The position numbers were made by a program, and so were the translations under genes. Below the pieces are notes generated by a model. That model was not told the origin of the DNA. It worked only from the letters and a program-made list of their open reading frames with translations, and ran no database searches. From an uncultured Dehalococcoidales bacterium (lineage in GTDB: Bacteria > Chloroflexota > Dehalococcoidia > Dehalococcoidales > UBA2162), in NCBI GenBank assembly GCA_964543495.1, contig CAZIYN010000001.1:1-55775 (forward strand): DNA of 55,775 bases. The letters run 5' to 3'. Position 1 is the first letter of the stretch, and each line of letters opens with the position of its first letter. Shown piece after piece: positions 15,089 through 22,012 of this stretch.

Positions 15089-15519
15089 TAATTCCTCCTG
15101 AATATCGGTTTTCTTGAGATACAGACTCCTCCTACTATTAATGGGGGATTCGAATAGCTGCAGCAGGGCATGCCAGTGCCGACGGCATCCGGGTCCGCGA
15201 ATAAACATCCGATACAATTACGGGTTTGGAAATATGGCAGCTCCTCTTCGGTCTTCTCGTCGATTTCTCTTTCCATGGCGTCGACCCGGGCCTCCAGGTC
15301 AAGAGGGACACCGTCTGTATCGAGCCCTTCGTTGAAAAAGGAATAGGTCTTCGATGCCTCGACGCAGTCCGGGTTGTCGTTGCAGTAGTGGACGTTCATT
15401 GTTCCGCAGTACTCCCCGTTTATTTGGAGCTGCGAGGAGCGGACGGATATCTTGTCATCGGGACGAACCCTACCACAGATATGGCAGGACCAGGTTAAAT
15501 CAATGAGCTTTTCTCCCAT
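15088..15519 (-). CDS. Cys-rich protein, 143 aa
   Basis: CHICG..YCND.PDC..CIGC..CC. Minus-strand tiling ORF. Confidence 0.6.
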   Translation of the reverse strand: MGEKLIDLTWSCHICGRVRPDDKISVRSSQLQINGEYCGTMNVHYCNDNPDCVEASKTYSFFNEGLDTDGVPLDLEARVDAMEREIDEKTEEELPYFQTRNCIGCLFADPDAVGTGMPCCSYSNPPLIVGGVCISRKPIFRRN

Positions 15520-15531
15520 GGTTACCTCCTA

Positions 15532-15795
15532 TTAGTACCAGGTAATGCAGGAGCCTTCTATGGTCATTCTGGTGAAATCGTAATCTCCGGCGGACATTTC
15601 CTCTGGAATGTATTCATATTCGTTGATTTTACCGTGAACGAGGTAGGCTGTTTCACCCATGGCGCCCACGAATACGATTGGCTCTTTATCGTCGTCGAGA
15701 AGCCTTTCGACTTTTCCTTTTACTTCCAACTCTATAAACCCATCGCTGTCAGGTCCGGAGCTTAGTATTTCGGGGAGGTCTTTGTAGTACTGCAT
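15532..15795 (-). CDS. Hypothetical protein, 87 aa
   Basis: ATG 15795 follows palindrome copy 3 and an AGGAGG SD. Confidence 0.55.
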   Translation of the reverse strand: MQYYKDLPEILSSGPDSDGFIELEVKGKVERLLDDDKEPIVFVGAMGETAYLVHGKINEYEYIPEEMSAGDYDFTRMTIEGSCITWY

Positions 15796-15811
15796 TGAAA
15801 ATCCTCCTTTC

Positions 15812-15831
15812 AAGATAATAGTTATTATTTT
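15812..15831 (-). promoter_or_regulatory. Intercistronic 20-bp palindrome, copy 3
   Basis: AAAATAA-taacta-TTATCTTGAAAGGAGG-N7-ATG. Confidence 0.6.
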
Positions 15832-16232
15832 TCGGCGGGCCTGAGAAATCTCCTGTGGACATTGAAAAAAGGACATCTCTTTTGGGCCTTGGCTACGGAC
15901 TTATTCGGCTTGCAAATTCCGCTCCATGCATAAGAGTCCGGAACCGTTCCACCACTTGGTAGCACGGGGTCATATCTACCATGGGTACAGTGCCAGTAAT
16001 TTTTATATCCCATACTTTCGGCTTCTGTATCCTCTTCCAGCTCGCTGCAGTTTTTACAGGTTTTTTCTACTAAAAGAGGGCAGTTATCGTTGACGTAGCA
16101 GTGCTCACCAGCTGGGATTTCAACGACGCAAGCGCTACAGAGATTTGCGACTATCCAGGAACAGGGGCCTTCATCTGTGATACACGGGTTATCATCGGTA
16201 CATCCGCAGATTTTACATTTTCTTTCTTGCAT
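15825..16232 (-). CDS. Cys-rich protein, 135 aa
   Basis: CKICGC..C..C..CSAC..C. Minus-strand tiling ORF. Confidence 0.6.
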   Translation of the reverse strand: MQERKCKICGCTDDNPCITDEGPCSWIVANLCSACVVEIPAGEHCYVNDNCPLLVEKTCKNCSELEEDTEAESMGYKNYWHCTHGRYDPVLPSGGTVPDSYAWSGICKPNKSVAKAQKRCPFFNVHRRFLRPAEK

Positions 16233-16416
16233 TTTTCTCCTTTCTTCGGGCTTCTACTTTTTCATAGCACGATAGGCACCGGGGTGGCAAGTAATCACGG
16301 CTGCCCTTGTAACTGAACTGGTATAGAGGGTATTCCCTCCACTCGGTAGTTCCCGGGACCGTGCCGGGCTGCCGGTATACGCCGGTCGGTTGTTTGCAGA
16401 TAGGGCATTTAAGCAT
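16213..16416 (-). CDS. Zinc-ribbon mini-protein, 67 aa
   Basis: MLKCPICKQ..(45)..CLSC. ATG 16416 overlaps the upstream stop by 8 nt. Confidence 0.5.
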   Translation of the reverse strand: MLKCPICKQPTGVYRQPGTVPGTTEWREYPLYQFSYKGSRDYLPPRCLSCYEKVEARRKEKNARKKM

Positions 16417-16681
16417 CGTACTTTTCGTCCCATCCCGCTTCAGCGAGCTGGCGGAGGGCCGTTCCCTCCGGAGCGATCTGTTCAATTATTCCCTGGGCGA
16501 TATCACGGGCTGTCTTCGAAGTCTCGCCGGTGTTTTCAGGATGCCTCAGGGCGAGCTGGAGCTGGCACATTACCGCCCATGCCGAGAGGGCGTCTGTGGC
16601 GAAGACAAAGGGTACACCGTTAAGGGCGGTAAGCTCTTCTGTAACCTGGGCTTTGAAGACCGGGTCGTCTAACGGGTCCAT
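16409..16681 (-). CDS. Hypothetical protein, 90 aa
   Basis: GAGGAGG SD before ATG 16681. Confidence 0.6.
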   Translation of the reverse strand: MDPLDDPVFKAQVTEELTALNGVPFVFATDALSAWAVMCQLQLALRHPENTGETSKTARDIAQGIIEQIAPEGTALRQLAEAGWDEKYDA

Positions 16682-16819
16682 CTATTCCTCCTCCTGTGTC
16701 TTCCAGGTGTAGCCCGGGGGCTCGTCGTAGCCGGCGACTATCCCTTCCTGGATCAGTTCGCCGATTCTCTTCAGAGCTTCTGGTTCCGGAGGGTCGTCGC
16801 AGTATATGATAATAACCAA
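16682..16819 (-). CDS. Mini-protein, 45 aa (below cutoff)
   Basis: AGGAGGG SD lies 6 nt before TTG 16819. The stop abuts the next ATG. Confidence 0.4.
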   Translation of the reverse strand: MVIIIYCDDPPEPEALKRIGELIQEGIVAGYDEPPGYTWKTQEEE

Positions 16820-16822
16820 TTT

Positions 16823-16990
16823 TTATCCCTCCTTTAAGGCTTCGACTATCTTTCTTGCTCTTATCGGTGCCTCGTTAAGTCTTGAGTAGTCCTTCAGGGC
16901 GATGTGGGCGACGCCTGGCATCATATCTTCCACGAGGTCGAGCAGGTTGTTGAAGGCATCGATGATTTCCTCGTCGGTTGGTCTTGCCAT
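16823..16990 (-). CDS. Mini-protein, 55 aa (below cutoff)
   Basis: AGGAGG SD before ATG 16990. MARPTDEEIIDAFNNLLDLVEDMMPGVAHIALKDY.. Confidence 0.5.
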   Translation of the reverse strand: MARPTDEEIIDAFNNLLDLVEDMMPGVAHIALKDYSRLNEAPIRARKIVEALKEG

Positions 16991-17012
16991 GGTATACCTC
17001 CTTTCATCTCAG

Positions 17013-17085
17013 AGCGGGAGGGGGGCTTCGAACCCCCATCCTTCTCGCTGGCAACGAGATGCTCTACCCGCTGAGCTTCTCCCGC
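17013..17085 (-). tRNA. tRNA-Gly (anticodon GCC), 73 nt, no encoded CCA
   Basis: The cloverleaf folds by hand: acceptor GCGGGAG/CTCCCGC, D arm GCTC/GAGC, anticodon arm TCTCG-TTGCCAG-CGAGA, T arm GGGGG-TTCGAAG-CCCCC. Bacterial-type. Confidence 0.9.
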
Positions 17086-17108
17086 AAAATAAGGTCCATT
17101 ATCTATCT

Positions 17109-17561
17109 TCAATTCCAGGGGGGCTCCATGTAGTCTTCCTGGAACATTTGCGCTGCCTTTTCACAGAGAACCATACCGGCGAGCTGGTTTGATTCATCCA
17201 CATCCGTCCATAGATATGAAAGGGCACGACTGACTGCTCTCCATGAATAATTTTCATCAACGCGGAGTTTTCGAATCAGGCCAGCATTAAGAGTGTCTAC
17301 CGATATAAAGCTCTTAAGATGTTCAATCGTTTCGTTACCTTTTTCTCGGAGGACTGTTAAATCTGATGGGGTGAGCTGTCGTAATCCTTCGACTTCCTTT
17401 CGGGCTTCTGGTTCGGTTCCTTCTTCTGAAAGGGCCATGTCCATAACTTCATAAGGGGTCTTTCCCCCACATGCTTCACGTATGACACGGTCCCAGGTGA
17501 CCATTGTTGCACCAGCTTCCTTCGATTGTCTTATAATTTCTTCGTCCATGGGGTCTAGCAC
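17109..17561 (-). CDS. Hypothetical protein, 150 aa
   Basis: AGGAGG lies 6 nt before GTG 17561. Sits between the two tRNAs. Confidence 0.6.
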   Translation of the reverse strand: MLDPMDEEIIRQSKEAGATMVTWDRVIREACGGKTPYEVMDMALSEEGTEPEARKEVEGLRQLTPSDLTVLREKGNETIEHLKSFISVDTLNAGLIRKLRVDENYSWRAVSRALSYLWTDVDESNQLAGMVLCEKAAQMFQEDYMEPPWN

Positions 17562-17577
17562 TGCGAACCTCCTTTAA

Positions 17578-17649
17578 TGGGGCTGCCGGGATTCGAACCC
17601 AGGCATGCTGGTTATGAGCCAGTCGTTCTAATCATTGAACTACAGCCCC
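17578..17649 (-). tRNA. tRNA-Met/Ile2 (anticodon CAT), 72 nt, no encoded CCA
   Basis: Acceptor GGGGCTG/CAGCCCC, D arm GTTC/GAAC, anticodon loop CTCATAA, T arm CTGGG-TTCGAAT-CCCGG. Not initiator-like. Confidence 0.9.
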
Positions 17650-17653
17650 CTGC

Positions 17654-17673
17654 AAGATAACGTAGATTATTTT
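17654..17673 (-). promoter_or_regulatory. Intercistronic 20-bp palindrome, copy 4 (abuts the tRNA-Met 5' end)
   Basis: AAAATAA-tctacg-TTATCTTGCAG is followed immediately by GGGGCTG, the tRNA +1 position. Confidence 0.6.
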
Positions 17674-17837
17674 TCTTCACCGATAGGGTTCCCGAAATGC
17701 AGGCCGATTGTAACGAGGAAAAGCCCCAGTGCAATCTGAAACCAACTCCCCTTCTCCCGTAGGGTCCATAGTCCAAGCACGCACATTTCCGCGTCATGCC
17801 ATGGCGTATTCACTTCATAGAAGTAAGAAACTTTCAT
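17667..17837 (-). CDS. Small membrane protein, 56 aa
   Basis: ATG 17837 follows GGGAGG. Hydrophobic stretch GSWFQIALGLFLVTIGL. Confidence 0.5.
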   Translation of the reverse strand: MKVSYFYEVNTPWHDAEMCVLGLWTLREKGSWFQIALGLFLVTIGLHFGNPIGEEK

Positions 17838-17850
17838 ATCTGCCTCCCAC

Positions 17851-17870
17851 AAGATAATTGTTTTTATTTT
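17851..17870 (-). promoter_or_regulatory. Intercistronic 20-bp palindrome, copy 5
   Basis: AAAATAA-aaacaa-TTATCTTGTGGGAGG-N5-ATG. Confidence 0.6.
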
Positions 17871-18076
17871 TTATCACGCATTCGCCAGAATGCGTGAGCT
17901 GCTATGGTTCCTCCTACTGATAAAGTTAAGAAAAGGTAAAAGGGGGAGACAAGCACGGTGAGTAAAATGGAGGAGATAACACAGACAAAAACACATATCG
18001 TGTATTCTCCCCAGGGTGAGATCAAATAACGGGGCGTATTAAGTATGCCTTTTAAGTACCATTTCCAGAATTCCAT
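17864..18076 (-). CDS. Two-TM membrane protein, 70 aa
   Basis: Two hydrophobic helices. GGGAGG SD. Confidence 0.6.
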   Translation of the reverse strand: MEFWKWYLKGILNTPRYLISPWGEYTICVFVCVISSILLTVLVSPFYLFLTLSVGGTIAAHAFWRMRDKK

Positions 18077-18092
18077 AGTTCTTACCTCCCGA

Positions 18093-18112
18093 AAGATAAT
18101 GCACCTTATCTT
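18093..18112 (-). promoter_or_regulatory. Intercistronic 20-bp palindrome, copy 6
   Basis: AAGATAA-ggtgca-TTATCTTTCGGGAGG-N9-ATG. Confidence 0.6.
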
Positions 18113-18115
18113 CCG

Positions 18116-18436
18116 TTATTCTTCTTCGATGGAGCCGGCGCGGACCTCGCAGCCGATCTCCTCGCATTTCTCTTTGATTTCTGCATGGACTTTCTGGGCC
18201 CGTTCGTAGATTTTATTGTCCTGCTCTTCGTTGATCTCCCAGATGTCTCCGCAGTATCTTTCGAGCCTTACCAACTGACCCTGTACTGTGTAGGAAGCGA
18301 TTACTGACAGGAGTTTGATATTCGGAGAGAAGCTGGAGTTCTTGAATAGATTGGTGATACGGACTATCTTCCGATCCGGGGTGTCCTTGGCGAGCTCCTC
18401 GAGGAATTCGCCAACGTCGTTGAATAAGACTTTCAT
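18116..18436 (-). CDS. Hypothetical protein, 106 aa
   Basis: Minus-strand tiling ORF. Confidence 0.6.
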   Translation of the reverse strand: MKVLFNDVGEFLEELAKDTPDRKIVRITNLFKNSSFSPNIKLLSVIASYTVQGQLVRLERYCGDIWEINEEQDNKIYERAQKVHAEIKEKCEEIGCEVRAGSIEEE

Positions 18437-18448
18437 ATTAACCTCCTT

Positions 18449-18652
18449 TCAAACTACGTTAATATTCCAGATATCGCTGCCGGCGTACTGCCCCAGGATA
18501 TTCTCGGCATCTTCGACCTTGGAGCGCTCGTGAAGTGCTTCATTGGTCACTCCGGTGGCCTGTTTGAAATAGAGCAGGGCGTCGATTCTGTTTTTATAGG
18601 CGGCCACTTCTTGGACCAGCCCCTGGTAAATGATGATAACGATATGAATCAT
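18449..18652 (-). CDS. Hypothetical protein, 67 aa
   Basis: GAGGAGG SD before ATG 18652. Confidence 0.5.
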   Translation of the reverse strand: MIHIVIIIYQGLVQEVAAYKNRIDALLYFKQATGVTNEALHERSKVEDAENILGQYAGSDIWNINVV

Positions 18653-18675
18653 GCCGGTACCTCCTCTTACTTCCA

Positions 18676-18855
18676 TTAAGCTATTTTGACATAAATGTAC
18701 TTTGCCTTAATTGATATTGATTCGCCTTGCGACAGAGGATGGCCCTTTCCCGCTTTAAGATCGTCGGCATTTGCTCCTACAAGCGCTATTGTAGAGTAGG
18801 GGTTGGTGTAAAAAATTTCATCACCTTCAATCAGCTCAACCTTATAAATAAGCAC
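18676..18855 (-). CDS. Hypothetical mini-protein, 59 aa (GTG start)
   Basis: GTG 18855 lies 5 nt after AGGAGG, which follows palindrome copy 7. The longer ORF-track N-terminus overlaps the DUF1643 gene. Confidence 0.5.
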   Translation of the reverse strand: MLIYKVELIEGDEIFYTNPYSTIALVGANADDLKAGKGHPLSQGESISIKAKYIYVKIA

Positions 18856-18870
18856 GTGAACCTCCTCTGC

Positions 18871-18890
18871 AAGATAAGAACAGTTATTTT
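18871..18890 (-). promoter_or_regulatory. Intercistronic 20-bp palindrome, copy 7
   Basis: AAAATAA-ctgttc-TTATCTTGCAGAGGAGG-N5-GTG. Confidence 0.6.
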
Positions 18891-19370
18891 TCATTGGAAG
18901 CTTTCCAGCTTCGAGTCCCCGGGAAGATAGAGGGGGTGCTTCGGATTGCCGCTTTTTGTCAAGCCGAAACAGTAGGGATGGCTGAGAAGCTGCCATACGG
19001 TGTGAACCCTCGATTCTCTCCAGGCAACCTTTTCGATGCCATCTCCCCATCCGCAGACAGTTAATTTTGATAATCCTACGGCCATCTGGATTGCCGGAAT
19101 GTTAGCAGGATGGAGTGCCGTCTTGAGTTTTAATTCTTCTGGATATGGGGTAACCTGGCTATAGAGATTACAGGCGTAAAGACCGCCGTACCCCCATTTC
19201 TGGGCGAAGTCGCATAAGCGGTGTATCGTTGGATCGTCCTCGACTTCATTAGCAGTAGAAGGGTTTAATCCGATAAAAAGCATCCGGGGCTCGCTATCCC
19301 AGAAATTCCATAGCAAAAAGCGATGGGTTCTGTCTTCATTCATCACCGCTCCTCTGAACTGGCTTATCAA
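18891..19370 (-). CDS. DUF1643 family protein (UDG-like fold family)
   Basis: HRFLLWNFW..MLFIGLNPSTANEVEDDPTIHRLCDFAQKWGYGGLYACNLY is the DUF1643 signature. Confidence 0.8.
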   Translation of the reverse strand: MISQFRGAVMNEDRTHRFLLWNFWDSEPRMLFIGLNPSTANEVEDDPTIHRLCDFAQKWGYGGLYACNLYSQVTPYPEELKLKTALHPANIPAIQMAVGLSKLTVCGWGDGIEKVAWRESRVHTVWQLLSHPYCFGLTKSGNPKHPLYLPGDSKLESFQ

Positions 19371-19384
19371 TTTATACCTCCTGC

Positions 19385-19404
19385 AAAATAATTGATATTA
19401 TGTT
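19385..19404 (-). promoter_or_regulatory. Intercistronic 20-bp palindrome, copy 8 (degenerate)
   Basis: AACATAA-tatcaa-TTATTTTGCAGGAGG-N6-TTG. Confidence 0.5.
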
Positions 19405-19644
19405 TTACTTCTTTTCCCAGTAGGGACATTCGTACTCCGGCTCGGCGAGCTCTTCGAGTCTCCAGACGTTAATGAATCCCCACCTGGCATACTCCTCGCG
19501 GAGATCCTCCTGCCCGTGCTCGGCGAGGTTTTCCATCATTTCTCTGCTCGAGCAGTTCACTCCGTCCTCGGAGTCACCCGGTGAAGGTGGATAGTCGATT
19601 TCGCCGTGCTTACAGGTACCGCACTGTTTTATGGCAGTTTTCAT
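19405..19644 (-). CDS. Cys-containing acidic protein, 79 aa
   Basis: CGTCKH..C..C. Minus-strand tiling ORF. Confidence 0.55.
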   Translation of the reverse strand: MKTAIKQCGTCKHGEIDYPPSPGDSEDGVNCSSREMMENLAEHGQEDLREEYARWGFINVWRLEELAEPEYECPYWEKK

Positions 19645-19668
19645 AATAACCTTCGCTAAACAGCTCAG

Positions 19669-19824
19669 CTACTTGTGGTTAAGCGCTTTCCTGGCGACCC
19701 TCTCGACCCATTCGGTCAGGGTTTCGTCTTTCAGGGCGGCGTCTGCCTTTATCTGCTTCCAGAGCTCCGGATCGGCGTTCCTGAGATGCTGGGTTTTGGA
19801 AGTCTTTTCGGTTTCTGTAGTCAT
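19669..19824 (-). CDS. Ribbon-helix-helix (Arc/CopG-like) protein, 51 aa, leaderless (below cutoff)
   Basis: MTTETEKTSKTQHLRNADPELWKQIKADAALKDETLTEWVERVARKALNHK. The ATG lies 9 nt after the -10 element and there is no SD. Confidence 0.55.
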   Translation of the reverse strand: MTTETEKTSKTQHLRNADPELWKQIKADAALKDETLTEWVERVARKALNHK

Positions 19825-19833
19825 AGTGATACG

Positions 19834-19862
19834 AGTCTACCATGTATCACAAGTGTTGTCAA
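19834..19862 (-). promoter_or_regulatory. Sigma70-like promoter TTGACA-N17-TAGACT
   Basis: Read on the minus strand, immediately upstream of the RHH ORF. Confidence 0.6.
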
Positions 19863-19874
19863 GTTCTTGGCCAG

Positions 19875-20369
19875 TCAGCTCATATCGAAGCCGAGCTGCA
19901 GTAGCTCCTCCTCCTTTTTCTTTTCTTTCTTCCCTTCTCTGTCGACCTTTTCCGTCCTCTTTCTATGTTTAAGCCTCTGCTCGTAAATCCAGTACTTGAG
20001 GCGGTTTAGCATATCCATCTGATACCGGCTAAGTTCCTCGACAACGAGGTCCGCGGGAAACTTTTGAGTGTCGTCCTTGTTCTTATGATAATTCCATACT
20101 TTACCGGTGACGTAGAAATAAATCTGGGACCAGTCGTGCCCCATCGGGGCCTCAAGGCTGGCCGTGTAGAGGTAAGCGACGGCCTCGGCATCGGTGCCGG
20201 TCATGAGTCCGGACCTTACTCCCTGCATATTCATAATGAGGCGCTCCATGGTGATCGCTTCTTTCAACCAGGGAGGAAGCGTGTCACCCCAGCCACCCGG
20301 CATAACGATAATCGGGTCGGTAAAAACACCGACTATTTCTCCTATCCACTTTTCATCTTTGTTTGACAA
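19875..20369 (-). CDS. Hypothetical protein, 164 aa
   Basis: TTG start with AAGGAG SD. Lys/Glu-rich C-terminus. Confidence 0.6.
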   Translation of the reverse strand: MSNKDEKWIGEIVGVFTDPIIVMPGGWGDTLPPWLKEAITMERLIMNMQGVRSGLMTGTDAEAVAYLYTASLEAPMGHDWSQIYFYVTGKVWNYHKNKDDTQKFPADLVVEELSRYQMDMLNRLKYWIYEQRLKHRKRTEKVDREGKKEKKKEEELLQLGFDMS

Positions 20370-20387
20370 TATATCTCCTTTGAATAT

Positions 20388-20415
20388 GTAGCCCCGGAGG
20401 GTGCCCCGGGGCTAC
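20388..20415 (-). other. GC hairpin after dnaN (no U-tract)
   Basis: gtagccccgg-N8-ccggggctac. Confidence 0.5.
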
Positions 20416-20424
20416 ACGGCGCCG

Positions 20425-21540
20425 TTATTCGTATTTCATCGGCATTATCAGCACTCTCGGGTGGTTGTGGCTGTGGAAGGCAATTGGAGCTGATTGTCCT
20501 GTCCAGGACAGGGTCATCAGCCCTTCCTTCCCGTTGAGGTAGTCAAGGATATACTTGGCATTGATGGCCAGCTTATTCGGAACCCCTTCGGCATTGAGAG
20601 TGCTGATTGAAGATTCTGCCCGAAGATCGCCGTCGCCGGCCCAGATGGTGGCCTGGCTGTCCTTAAAGTCCATCCGGACCATGCCGGCGCCCTCTGATGC
20701 CATGCTCTTGACCCGGTTGATGGCCACCTCGAGCTCCGGGGCATAGAAGCTGGCTTTAAGCACCGGCTCGTCTTTCGGTATGAGCTTCAGGAAGTCCGGG
20801 GGATTGCCCTGGATGAGCTTGACGATGGCCGTCAGCCCCCTGGCGAACCTGAACTGTATACCCTTCTCTCCGTCGACGGAAATGTTAACCATCTTCTTGG
20901 CGGTAAGAGCGGGTATCAGGGCATCGGTCGACAGGGCTGCCCGTGGTGATTTCTTCCACAGGTGCTCGAGGACGGGTATTGATTCCAGCGGCATCACCAG
21001 CGTGCGCTCTTCCGGGAACGAGCCATCCAGCTCGGTATCCGCCATCCGGAACCCGTCGCCGGCGACGGCCTTGATTTTCTCACCCAGCATGAGCGTTATA
21101 CCGTTAAGAACGGCCCGATCGCTTTCCTTGGCCGCGTATTTCCGGAGAGATGCAAGTCCCGGTATCAGGTTATCTCCGTTCAGGTCGGTCTCGGCTGCCG
21201 CGGCGAATTCCGGTACGGCGGGGAAGGTATCCGGGTCCTTGGTGGGGAAGTTGGCGCTGCCGCTCGACCATTTGAGTGACAGGCTCCCCTTCGAGCTCTT
21301 GAACTTGAGCTTTTCGGTCCCGGCTACATACTGCAGGACGTCCATAACCTTCTTGAAGGGAACCAGTGCCTCGATATCGACTTCGGGCAGGGGCATGACG
21401 ACCATGGTGTCCATGTCCGTCGCCACCGCCTTGCCGTCCTTAAGGAGGATACACTTCAGCACTTCGAGAGAAGGCTTCCCGGGTACCGCCGGTTTCAGCA
21501 GGTACATTATATCCCTGAATTTGGATACATATAATTCCAC
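20425..21540 (-). CDS. dnaN: DNA polymerase III beta sliding clamp
   Basis: 371 aa. PSLEVLKCILLKDGKAVATDMDTMVV resembles the TLPIL.nvLl..L.ltaTDle region of DnaN. C-terminus ends PRVLIMPMKYE. Confidence 0.75.
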   Translation of the reverse strand: MELYVSKFRDIMYLLKPAVPGKPSLEVLKCILLKDGKAVATDMDTMVVMPLPEVDIEALVPFKKVMDVLQYVAGTEKLKFKSSKGSLSLKWSSGSANFPTKDPDTFPAVPEFAAAAETDLNGDNLIPGLASLRKYAAKESDRAVLNGITLMLGEKIKAVAGDGFRMADTELDGSFPEERTLVMPLESIPVLEHLWKKSPRAALSTDALIPALTAKKMVNISVDGEKGIQFRFARGLTAIVKLIQGNPPDFLKLIPKDEPVLKASFYAPELEVAINRVKSMASEGAGMVRMDFKDSQATIWAGDGDLRAESSISTLNAEGVPNKLAINAKYILDYLNGKEGLMTLSWTGQSAPIAFHSHNHPRVLIMPMKYE

Positions 21541-21604
21541 GTTTTCACCTCCTTTCCGGTCGATTATTCAGTAGCATCGGGTGACCAGCTCCGGTGCCGG
21601 CGAG

Positions 21605-22012
21605 TTAAAAGAAACTCGGCTGCTTATCGTCAGCCTTCGGCGTTGAATTCTTGGAGCGCTTGGAAGTCGATTTTGTCGCGGCCGGCTGGGGAGCCGGCGG
21701 TTCCGGCAGGTCGGCTTTCGGATATGTCGGGCTCTCGGCCCACTGCTTTTTGGCAGTCTCGACTATTTTCGGGACTCTCTTGAGAGCTGCCGCTAGGGTG
21801 CCCTTGAAGGTCTCGTACACCGGATCGCAGCCCGGGCTCTGGACACCGACCATGTAGTTTTTGCCCCTCGAGTTGATGACGATTTTCAGCTCGTCGAAAT
21901 TCTTCGGCTTCTCCGGCTCTTTGGGCTCTTCGGTTTCTGGAGCCGGTTCTTCAGCCTCTTCCTCTTCTACCTCTTCTTCGTTCTCTTCGACAGTGGTTTC
22001 TTCATCGTCCAT
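21605..22012 (-). CDS. Protein with hyper-acidic N-terminus, 135 aa
   Basis: MDDEETTVEENEEEVEEEEAEEPAPETEE.., then a folded-looking core. Confidence 0.6.
   Translation of the reverse strand: MDDEETTVEENEEEVEEEEAEEPAPETEEPKEPEKPKNFDELKIVINSRGKNYMVGVQSPGCDPVYETFKGTLAAALKRVPKIVETAKKQWAESPTYPKADLPEPPAPQPAATKSTSKRSKNSTPKADDKQPSFF

Noticed and set aside
16921-17112. ORFs overlapping the tRNA genes (16921-17112 and 17612-17797)
   Set aside because: They run through well-folding tRNA-Gly and tRNA-Met sequences. Spurious.
12837-19404. TTGCA in the 20-bp palindrome motif read as a sigma54 -12 element
   Set aside because: The position 10 nt upstream of the GC is not GG in any copy.
20780-21574. 264-aa plus-strand ORF
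   Set aside because: It is antisense to the well-supported dnaN gene. Its Ser/Arg/Pro-rich composition marks it as a shadow ORF.
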